Shown piece by piece: positions 54,685-62,323 of a stretch of 64,000 nt of DNA. Each line of letters opens with the position of its first letter. Position 1 is the first letter of the stretch. The translations under genes and the position numbers were made by a program. Origin of the DNA: Planctomyces sp. (GTDB lineage Bacteria > Planctomycetota > Planctomycetia > Planctomycetales > Planctomycetaceae); the NCBI GenBank assembly GCA_031375695.1, contig JANMIF010000512.1, forward strand, positions 1,479 through 65,478, in the 5' to 3' direction. The notes beneath the pieces are model-generated. The model saw only the letters and a program-made list of their open reading frames with translations. It had not been told where the DNA came from and ran no database searches.

Positions 54685-55137
54685 ATGCAATGGATCACGC
54701 ACAACACAACGGCTCAACAACGCCGCGCAGGTGGGCGAGTCGCGCGAGCGACTCGCCTGCCACGTGCCGGTGTGTTGAGCATCGAGTTGGTGATGACGCT
54801 GCCCATATTGATGCTGGTGCTCCTGGGATTATTTGAATTCTCGATGTTGTTTTTCGCGCGTGGTGAAGTGGTGGAAGCGAGTCGTGTAGCGGCTCGCGCG
54901 GCCAGTATGCCTGGCGCGACGATTGACGACGTCGAAGACGAAGTTCGCAAAGTGTTGAACCCGCGATTTCACAACTCGCTGCAAGTGGACGCGCTGCTAG
55001 GTGAGAAATCGGGGGATGTGGTGGCTGTGGCTGTGGCTGTGGATATGCAAGCCGCGGCACCCGATTTGTTGTGGCCGATCGGCTACAGCTTGCAGGGACG
55101 CCAATTGTTGTCGGAAACATGCATGGTTCGGGAATGA
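54685..55137 (+). CDS. TadE-like pseudopilin/assembly protein
   Basis: 150 aa. TadE N-terminal-type segment RAGVLSIELVMTLPILMLVLLGLFEFSMLFFARGEV. Confidence 0.75.
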   Translation: MQWITHNTTAQQRRAGGRVARATRLPRAGVLSIELVMTLPILMLVLLGLFEFSMLFFARGEVVEASRVAARAASMPGATIDDVEDEVRKVLNPRFHNSLQVDALLGEKSGDVVAVAVAVDMQAAAPDLLWPIGYSLQGRQLLSETCMVRE

Positions 55138-55174
55138 CCCGGATCGTTCTTTAGTTAGTTCAAGGAGACTCGAC

Positions 55175-56416
55175 GTGAATCTCACACCGGCGAAAGTCAC
55201 GATGCTGATGCTCGTGGCCGTGGCAGCGTTAATTGGAATGTACATCGTCAAAGGGCTGTTCGCGGGTGCCAAGCCCGTGGCACGGAATCCGTATGTCAAC
55301 ATTCCGTTGGCGGCGGCGGATTTGTCCCCCGGCACGCGGATCACTCGTAATCACATCGGCTTCGGACCGTTTCCTGAAAAGGAATTGAAGCAAGACATGC
55401 TTCGCAGCGAACGAGTGATCGTCGGCCGCGTGGTCAAAGACGGAATCAAGGCGGGCGAGCCGCTGCAAGGTTCGCAACTGTACGAACCGGGCGAGAACGC
55501 GCCGCTGGACCTCGCCGAAGGATACCAGGCGCTCTCGCTGGAAGTGAAAAACTCCGCTGATATGGTGGATGGACTGATCAAGCCAAACGATTACGTTGAT
55601 ATTCATTTCATTCTGAATGGTGAGAACGGCGGGATTGATTCGCGAATCGCTCGTTTGGGTGGCGTCAGTATGACGTTACTCAAAGGGGTTAAGTTGTTAG
55701 CCATGAATCGCACGATGCGGCAAGGTCCGGTGCTGACCAGCGGTAACTCGGTGACGCTGGAACTGACCCCAGCTCAGACGAACATCCTGCTGGTCGCTCA
55801 AGGCAAAGGGGAGTTATCGCTGAGTTCCAATCCGTCCGGTAAAGGAGACGGGGGCGTGGCCCTGAATAATGCCGACCGCGCAACTCTGTGGGAAATCCTG
55901 GGACTCAAGAAGCCGACCCCACCAAAGGATCCTCCCGAACCGGAAAAACCGTTCGAGACGGAAGGGATTCGTGGTACCGGCAGCAGCCTCACCATGTGGG
56001 ACAAGAGTGGCAAAAAGTGGTCGGGAAACATGGGTGGCGGCCGATACGGAGGGTTGGGTTACGGATACCAAGGTTTTCAAAGTGCTCGCGATTGGCCGGC
56101 CGGTTCTGGTGCGTCATCGGGAGGCTCGGACGATCGCTGGTGGGGCGGTGGCAGCTACAGCGATCCGTATAACTACAACCGAGACAACTACCAACGTGGC
56201 CGCAGCGGCGGTGGCGACTCCTTCGATCCGAGCGACGTGTTTGAGTCGCCGGGTTCCGGGTCCGGATCAGGTTCGGGAGCCAGCAACGAACCAAGTGCTG
56301 GCCGCATCAATCCGGATTCGGATATCCCGATGACGTCGCCGGGTTTGAATCCGATGCGTTCGCTGCGAAGGAGTGTGCAACTGACCGCTCCAGAACCAAC
56401 CTCGTTGCGCAGATGA
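55175..56416 (+). CDS. cpaB: Flp pilus assembly protein CpaB/RcpC (SAF + RcpC domains) with long G/S/Y/D-rich C-terminal extension
   Basis: GTG 55175 with AAGGAG 7 nt upstream. TM segment, GTRITRNHI..VIVGRVVKDGIKAGEPL (SAF), and GYQALSLEVKNSADMVDGLIKPNDYVDIHF. The last ~150 aa are low-complexity (GGRYGGLGYGYQG..GSGSGSGSG). Confidence 0.8.
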   Translation: MNLTPAKVTMLMLVAVAALIGMYIVKGLFAGAKPVARNPYVNIPLAAADLSPGTRITRNHIGFGPFPEKELKQDMLRSERVIVGRVVKDGIKAGEPLQGSQLYEPGENAPLDLAEGYQALSLEVKNSADMVDGLIKPNDYVDIHFILNGENGGIDSRIARLGGVSMTLLKGVKLLAMNRTMRQGPVLTSGNSVTLELTPAQTNILLVAQGKGELSLSSNPSGKGDGGVALNNADRATLWEILGLKKPTPPKDPPEPEKPFETEGIRGTGSSLTMWDKSGKKWSGNMGGGRYGGLGYGYQGFQSARDWPAGSGASSGGSDDRWWGGGSYSDPYNYNRDNYQRGRSGGGDSFDPSDVFESPGSGSGSGSGASNEPSAGRINPDSDIPMTSPGLNPMRSLRRSVQLTAPEPTSLRR

Positions 56417-56441
56417 TATTAGTGGGGCTGATGGAACATTT

Positions 56442-56542
56442 GGGACTGATGGGGCGATGAATTTCCAAAGCCCCACCAGTCTCATTCGTCACAGTCCTCC
56501 AAATCTCATAAGTCCCATTCGTCCCCTAAGCCTCATAAGTCC
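56442..56542 (+). repeat. imperfect palindrome plus direct 11-mers in the cpaB-tadG spacer
   Basis: gggactgatggggc(56442-56455) / gccccaccagtctc(56470-56483), with 2 mismatches. ctcataagtcc occurs twice (56505-56515 and 56532-56542). cattcgtc occurs twice. Confidence 0.7.
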
Positions 56543-56586
56543 GCATCCCCATGCGATACCCGACCTCTCCCAGCTTGAAGACCGTG

Positions 56587-57813
56587 ATGCGGTCGCGTCG
56601 CGCCGGCAGCTTGATGCCAGCGATCGTGGTGGCGCTGATTGTGGTCTTGGCGGGGACTGCGTTGGTGCTGGATCGGCTGTGGCTGGACAACTCCAAAACC
56701 GAATTGCGAGCGGCAGCGGAATCGGCCGCGCTGGCGGCGGGTCGCGAGTTAGCCAGCGATGCGTTGCTCCAAAAGGAATTCAACGCTGACGCCTATCTAA
56801 TGAAAGCTCGGTTGGCCGCCGCTCGCATAGCGGCTGAGAACAGAGTGGCTGGCGACACGGTGTTACTGAATACCGACCGCGACGGAGATATCCGTTTTGG
56901 CAAAGTGACAACGAACGAATTCGGCGAGATGACGTTTCTCGAAACCGATTCGCATCCAATGAGCGTAGCGGTTGCCGCGCGGCGGACGTCCGATCGCGGT
57001 TCCGCGGTTGGTTTACCGATGCTCACGCCGGGCGGGCCTCGCAACGCGGATGTCGTGTGCGTGGCGGAGGCGAGTCTGGACAATCACGTCGTCGGCCTGC
57101 GTCCGGTAGGCAATGTTCCGCTGATGACGTTGCCACTGGCGATCTTGAATAAAATCGTTCCGTCTCTCGCGAAGCCTGACCCAAAGACAAAGCCGAAGGT
57201 TGCCACTTGGGACAATCAAGTGGAGCAGCGTCGCGGCCAAGATCGGTTCAGTTACGAGCAATCGACCGGCGAGGTGATCCAACAATCGGACGGCATTCCC
57301 GAAATCGTGCTGCGAACTCACGCCGGCAAGCTCGACCCGTTGGCGAATTCGTTCGTGGTCAACTTCGGTGGCGATCAAACCCTGAACGACTTGCATCAGC
57401 AAATCGTGACTGGCTGGACGGTCGATGACCTTGAGCCACTCGGAGGCGAGTTGATGCTCAATGCGGGAGTGAAATTGCCGGGGTTGAAAGGTGTGGATTC
57501 CAACACATTGGCCGAGGGGCTGCAAAGCGTTATCGGACAAAGCCGTGTTTGCCTGCTTTACGAACAAGCAAATCTCAACCCCCAAGCGAACGTCGCCACG
57601 GTTTCGATCAGCGGCTTTGTGGCGGGTCGAGTGATGTCGGTGAAACAACTTTCAAGCGACTGCTGTGAGATCGTGTTTCAGCCAGCGGTGATGACTGTTC
57701 GCGGAGCGGTCGTCGCGTCGGAATTGAGTGCCGATGCGGCTCATCAAAGCAACGACGGCCAATCCGAATCAGATGCGAATAAGTACGTTTACAAACTGCG
57801 ACTGACCAATTGA
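56587..57813 (+). CDS. TadG-like (Tad_N) pilus assembly protein
   Basis: MRSRRAGSLMPAIVVALIVVLAGTALVLDRLWLDNSKTELRAAAESAALAA matches the TadE/G-like N-terminal architecture. Alternative ATG at 56551. Confidence 0.7.
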   Translation: MRSRRAGSLMPAIVVALIVVLAGTALVLDRLWLDNSKTELRAAAESAALAAGRELASDALLQKEFNADAYLMKARLAAARIAAENRVAGDTVLLNTDRDGDIRFGKVTTNEFGEMTFLETDSHPMSVAVAARRTSDRGSAVGLPMLTPGGPRNADVVCVAEASLDNHVVGLRPVGNVPLMTLPLAILNKIVPSLAKPDPKTKPKVATWDNQVEQRRGQDRFSYEQSTGEVIQQSDGIPEIVLRTHAGKLDPLANSFVVNFGGDQTLNDLHQQIVTGWTVDDLEPLGGELMLNAGVKLPGLKGVDSNTLAEGLQSVIGQSRVCLLYEQANLNPQANVATVSISGFVAGRVMSVKQLSSDCCEIVFQPAVMTVRGAVVASELSADAAHQSNDGQSESDANKYVYKLRLTN

Positions 57814-57833
57814 GTGTTCGAGGAGATTTAATT

Positions 57834-59210
57834 GTGGAATCAACGGCAACACCAACTAGCCCGACAACGACAGCAACTCTGAACCGGCCGACGACGACGG
57901 CGACCGATCCGCGGCAGGCGTTTCAGCGTCTGAAGACGCACTTGCACCGGCGGATGATCGACGCGATCGATCTGTCGAAGGCCGGGACGCTGAACGAGGG
58001 CGATCTGCGGTCGCAGTTGCGGTCGCTGGCGACGCACTTATGCACAATGGAAGCGGTCGCTCTGCCGAACGAGCACCGCGAAGTCATGGTTCGCGAAATC
58101 ATGGACGAGATCTACGGCTTTGGACCGCTCGAACCGCTAATGAACGATCCCGACGTGAGCGACGTTCTGGTCAACGGCGCGGACCGAGTGTTCGTCGAAA
58201 GACGCGGGTTGCTGGAGGCGACGGAAATCAAGTTTGCCGACGATCAACATTTGATGCGGCTGATTCACCGTTTGGTTGGAAGAGCAGGGCGGCGTATCGA
58301 CGAAGTCTCGCCGATGGTCGATGCCAAGTTGCCGGACGGCTCGCGATTGAACGCGGTTATCCCGCCGCTGGCGCTCAAAGGCCCGACCATTTCAATTCGT
58401 AAATTCATGGCTCGTGGCTTGATGTTTGAAGACATGGTGCGGCTGGGTTCACTGGCACCGGAGATGGCGGACTTCTTGATTTTGGGAGTGCGCGGACGGC
58501 TGAACATCTTGATCAGCGGCGGCACCGGTGCCGGCAAGACGACGATGCTCAACAACATCAGCCGGTTTATCTCGCCCTCCGAACGTGTGGTCACGATCGA
58601 GCAAACGGCCGAACTGCAATTGCAGCAGCCGGACGTCGTGTCGCTGGAAGCTCGGCCAGCGAATGTCGAAGGCAAAGGGGAAATCTCGCAGCGTGAACTG
58701 TTGCGGAACACTTTGCGAATGCGGCCCGATCGGATCATCGTGGGGGAAGCTCGCGGCGGCGAAGTTCTGGAAATGCTGCAAGCGATGAACACCGGCCACG
58801 AAGGTTCGATGAGCACCGTTCATGCCAACGACACGCGTGACGCACTCGACCGTTTGGAAATGATGATTGCTTTGGCTGGCGTCGATATGCCGACGCTGAT
58901 CGCTCGACAGTACATTGCTTCGGCGATTCACCTGTTGGTGCATATCACGCGGCTGAGCACCGGCGAACGTAAGGTGACTCGAATTTCCGAATTGGCCGCC
59001 TGCCGCGACGGGCACTATCAGATCGAAGACATTTTTGTGTACCGCATGACCGGGATCGGGCCCGACGGCAAATCACGCGGCTCGTTCTATTCGACCGGCT
59101 ACGAACCAATCTGCTTCAAGCGATTGAGCGCCGTCGGCTACGAACCGCCGAAGGGCTTGTTCTTGTCGAGAGAACTGTCGACGGGGACGAACTACCGTCC
59201 TAACGTGTAA
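57834..59210 (+). CDS. cpaF: CpaF/TadA secretion ATPase
   Basis: GTG 57834 with GAGGAG 8 nt upstream. Contains GFGPLEPLMNDPDVSDVLVNG, Walker A GGTGAGKTT, RPDRIIVGEARG and GHEGSMSTVHAN. Confidence 0.9.
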   Translation: MESTATPTSPTTTATLNRPTTTATDPRQAFQRLKTHLHRRMIDAIDLSKAGTLNEGDLRSQLRSLATHLCTMEAVALPNEHREVMVREIMDEIYGFGPLEPLMNDPDVSDVLVNGADRVFVERRGLLEATEIKFADDQHLMRLIHRLVGRAGRRIDEVSPMVDAKLPDGSRLNAVIPPLALKGPTISIRKFMARGLMFEDMVRLGSLAPEMADFLILGVRGRLNILISGGTGAGKTTMLNNISRFISPSERVVTIEQTAELQLQQPDVVSLEARPANVEGKGEISQRELLRNTLRMRPDRIIVGEARGGEVLEMLQAMNTGHEGSMSTVHANDTRDALDRLEMMIALAGVDMPTLIARQYIASAIHLLVHITRLSTGERKVTRISELAACRDGHYQIEDIFVYRMTGIGPDGKSRGSFYSTGYEPICFKRLSAVGYEPPKGLFLSRELSTGTNYRPNV

Positions 59211-59213
59211 GGT

Positions 59214-59234
59214 TGAGATTTGAGATTTGAAATC
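59214..59234 (+). repeat. three tandem heptamers tgagatt tgagatt tgaaatc
   Basis: Read directly, between the cpaF stop (59208-59210) and the tadB start. Confidence 0.75.
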
Positions 59235-59250
59235 GAAGAGAGTCACTGCC

Positions 59251-60114
59251 ATGTCCACTGGCTTACCCGTATCACGACCGATCGCCTCGAATCCCGGCTA
59301 TGCGGGCATCCTGAAACAGCAAGAACTGTTCGCGGGCGCGGATGACGATGCAACGTCAAATCGCATCAATTCCAGCTTCGATCGGCTGATGCTGCAATCG
59401 GGGGTCGGGTTGACTCCGATGACCGTGTTGATGCTTTGTTGCCTGAGTGGGTTGATTGTCGGCGGACTGATTCTGGTGATGCAGGAAAATCCGATGACGG
59501 CTTCATTCGGGTTAGTCCTCGGTGCGATCTTGCCGCTGGCGTGGGTAATGATCGCTCGCGTTCGACGGCAACGAGAAATGACGCGGCAATTGCCCGGCAT
59601 GATCGAAGAGTTGGCACGCGCGGCGAAAACCGGACGCAGCATCGAACAGTGTTGGGCAATGGTCGCGCACGACACGCCGCGACCCCTCGGTTCCGAGATG
59701 CAAATTTGTTCGCGGCGGATGCAGATGGGCCAGGACGTCGCCTCGGCCATTCATGATCTGCCGTATCGCACCGGTTTGGTCTCGCTCAACATTTTGACGA
59801 CCGCGATGAGCGTACATCAGCGGAGCGGCGGCGACCTTGTGAGCGTTTTGGAACGACTGGCTCGGACGATTCGCGACCGACTGTTGTATCTCGGTCGGCT
59901 TCGAGCCGTCACGATCGGCAGTCGTTGGACCGCGATCCTGATGCTGATCCTGCCGCCGTTGATTGTCTTCTTCTTCATGTTGCGAGACCCGACGTACCTA
60001 ACGCAATTACTGAGCACATTCGGCGGCCGAATGATCACAATTACGGCGATCGGCTTGCAGTTGGTCGGTTCGCTGTGGGTTCTCGCGGTACTGCGAAACA
60101 GCCAGCGGAGTTAA
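59251..60114 (+). CDS. tadB: type II secretion system F family protein (TadB)
   Basis: 287 aa from ATG 59251. Contains LPGMIEELARAAKTGRSIEQ and C-terminal TM helices. Confidence 0.8.
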   Translation: MSTGLPVSRPIASNPGYAGILKQQELFAGADDDATSNRINSSFDRLMLQSGVGLTPMTVLMLCCLSGLIVGGLILVMQENPMTASFGLVLGAILPLAWVMIARVRRQREMTRQLPGMIEELARAAKTGRSIEQCWAMVAHDTPRPLGSEMQICSRRMQMGQDVASAIHDLPYRTGLVSLNILTTAMSVHQRSGGDLVSVLERLARTIRDRLLYLGRLRAVTIGSRWTAILMLILPPLIVFFFMLRDPTYLTQLLSTFGGRMITITAIGLQLVGSLWVLAVLRNSQRS

Positions 60115-60122
60115 AGAACGAG

Positions 60123-60205
60123 CCCGAAGCGTGAACGAGGGTGACGCTTCACGAGACTTGAAATTCATCGAGTTCTAGAGCGATCACCCTCGCTCACGCT
60201 TCGGG
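60123..60205. repeat. 22-bp inverted repeat (1 mismatch) with a competing local hairpin, in the tadB-tadC spacer
   Basis: cccgaagcgtgaacgagggtga (60123-60144) versus tcaccctcgctcacgcttcggg (60184-60205). The alternative local stem is gaagcgt(60127-60133)/acgcttc(60144-60150). Confidence 0.8.
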
Positions 60206-60231
60206 TTACTTGGCCAATTCGGAATCAGATT

Positions 60232-61638
60232 ATGTTCACAGCTCAAGGCGTTCAATGGTTGGTTTACGGCGTGTGTGCTGCCGTCGGATTGGCTTCGTTG
60301 GTGAGCTATCTGCGACGGAAGAGCCAGGAACTGGACCTGCGGAAGCAGCTCGCGGCCGAGGTTCGACATCGCCAGCAGTTGCAGTTGGAATTGGCTCGGC
60401 TCGACGACATTCGCGCTGCCGGTTCCGTACCGTCGATTCCAGTTGTGGCATCCACAGAAGTCACCGCCACGCGGCTATTCACTGAGTCACGTTCCACAAC
60501 TGTTGAAGTTCCGAAAGAAATCACGATCGCGAAGTCGCGCGTTGAGTCCGCCGGCAGCATGCCGCTGACAACTCCCGCCGTGTCATCAATGGCCTCAACG
60601 AACGTCGCGGCAGCCAGTATCGCTCCGTCGATCTACGGTCACGGGACTGGCGCGACGACGTGGCAAGATCGGACGTTGTTTGCACACCAGTCACCGACCA
60701 TGTGGCGCGGTAGCGCGGCGATCCCACGACTAGAGGCTCGCGATACGCCGAACATCGGCGGCAGCGATTACACCTATGGGGCGGTGACCCCCGTGCTCGC
60801 GTCGTTCTGCCCGGAAACGGAAGAACGGAGCCGCGACCTTGGCCGCAAACTGCGACAGGCAGGAGATTACGCGCCGCACGCTCCAGAAAATCTGGCGGCC
60901 ACGCGATTCCTGTTCATGATCGGCGCGTTGTTGCTCGGCGGAGTTTGCGTGCTGTTGGCTCCGCAAGCGGCCGAACGACCACTGCTCTTCGGCACGTTGG
61001 TGCTGACGGGACTCGGCTGGGCACTTCCCGCGCTGTTCGTCCGAAATAAAGCCGAATCGCGGAAGGCTCAGATCGAACGCGGCATCCCCGACATGATGGA
61101 CATGCTGAACATGTGCGTTAGCCAGGGTCTGACCGTTCCCGATTCGTTGGCTCGCGTTGCGGTCGATTTGAAACCGGTGTACCCCGCGTTGTCGGAAGAA
61201 TTGCAGATTGTGGTCGATCAAGGCCGTGTCGGTACGCTGAACGAGGCATTGACCAACTTCGCCGGCCGAGTCGATCTGCCGCAAGTCGATTCCTTCGTCT
61301 CGCTGCTGACGCAAACCGAACGAATGGGAACCAGCGTCTCGGCCTCGCTCAACGACTATTCGGACAACATGCGGGAAAGCTTGCGTCAACGAGCTGACGA
61401 GAAAGGGAACGCCTCGGCGTTCTGGCTGCTGCTCCCGACGGTGCTCTGCCTGATGCCGGCCGTGTTCATGTTCCTGATGGGCCCGGCCGTGATTGAGTAC
61501 GCCAAGTTCTACAACGCCGGCGGTTTGTCCGGATTGAACCAGGGCCGCCAAAACCTCCGCGCTCTGAATGAACAAGAAATCCGCTCTGGCGGCAGCCGTA
61601 TCGGCGGCACGCAAGGGCAGCGAAATCTGAATCGATAG
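60232..61638 (+). CDS. tadC: type II secretion system F family protein (TadC-like) with ~230-aa N-terminal extension
   Basis: 468 aa. The T2SSF core is IERGIPDMMDMLNMCVSQGLTVPDSLARV...ALTNFAGRVDLPQVDSFVSLLTQTERMGTS. The N-terminus has one TM segment plus a coiled-coil and a Ser/Thr/Ala-rich region. Confidence 0.8.
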   Translation: MFTAQGVQWLVYGVCAAVGLASLVSYLRRKSQELDLRKQLAAEVRHRQQLQLELARLDDIRAAGSVPSIPVVASTEVTATRLFTESRSTTVEVPKEITIAKSRVESAGSMPLTTPAVSSMASTNVAAASIAPSIYGHGTGATTWQDRTLFAHQSPTMWRGSAAIPRLEARDTPNIGGSDYTYGAVTPVLASFCPETEERSRDLGRKLRQAGDYAPHAPENLAATRFLFMIGALLLGGVCVLLAPQAAERPLLFGTLVLTGLGWALPALFVRNKAESRKAQIERGIPDMMDMLNMCVSQGLTVPDSLARVAVDLKPVYPALSEELQIVVDQGRVGTLNEALTNFAGRVDLPQVDSFVSLLTQTERMGTSVSASLNDYSDNMRESLRQRADEKGNASAFWLLLPTVLCLMPAVFMFLMGPAVIEYAKFYNAGGLSGLNQGRQNLRALNEQEIRSGGSRIGGTQGQRNLNR

Positions 61639-61750
61639 CTCGCGATGATCACAATCGACGCGACGACTGAAAAGCTGCTAGCGCAGGCGGCGTCGGAAGT
61701 AGAGATCGTTCTCGCGTTCACAGAAGATCGGTTGCCGACGGCTGCCGCAA

Positions 61751-62035
61751 TTGTCGACGTGGTTCTTCAAGACCATTCAAACCGAACTCAACGATCTGGA
61801 AACCAACGCTCGCAAAGCCAAGAACTACGCGGCCTCGGCTCACTGGTTTGAGACTTGTGCAAAGTCAATCAGCCAACTTCCCAGACGCGACGTCGATCAA
61901 GACTTGCTGAAGTATTCCATAAGTGTCGTCAATAAATTGCGAGCAATCGCCCGTTCGCTGCGCGGCGTGCCATTGGACCTCGGTGCTTTGCAGTTCGCCA
62001 AAGAGCAAGAACTCTACGTCTATCCACAGAACTAA
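61751..62035 (+). CDS. hypothetical protein (weak TTG start; possibly the back half of a frameshifted gene starting at 61645)
   Basis: 94 aa with protein-like composition (WFFKTIQTELNDLETNARKAKNYAASAHWFETCAKS). No Shine-Dalgarno. The upstream ORF 61645-61851 is in another frame. Confidence 0.3.
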   Translation: MSTWFFKTIQTELNDLETNARKAKNYAASAHWFETCAKSISQLPRRDVDQDLLKYSISVVNKLRAIARSLRGVPLDLGALQFAKEQELYVYPQN

Positions 62036-62323
62036 TACTCAAACGGTTGGGACAGAGTGAGCTACGGCACCGGGTACGCTTTTGCTCAAACGCGATACGA
62101 ATATCACAACAACTTCGCCGACGTCGACGTCAGACAAGCCAAGGTCATCGCCGATGCCGAAAAGAAACGCCAAAAAGTCTGGGACATGCTGACCGACCAA
62201 ACCTTTTCAACCCGCTCACGTCTGTCGAAACAATGCGGCGTGGACCGTTAGGACTACCGATTTGTTTGCTTTCAGCATCGAGCGAATGCTGAGCGGTCGC
62301 GCATTGTAGTGTGACTGTTCGAA

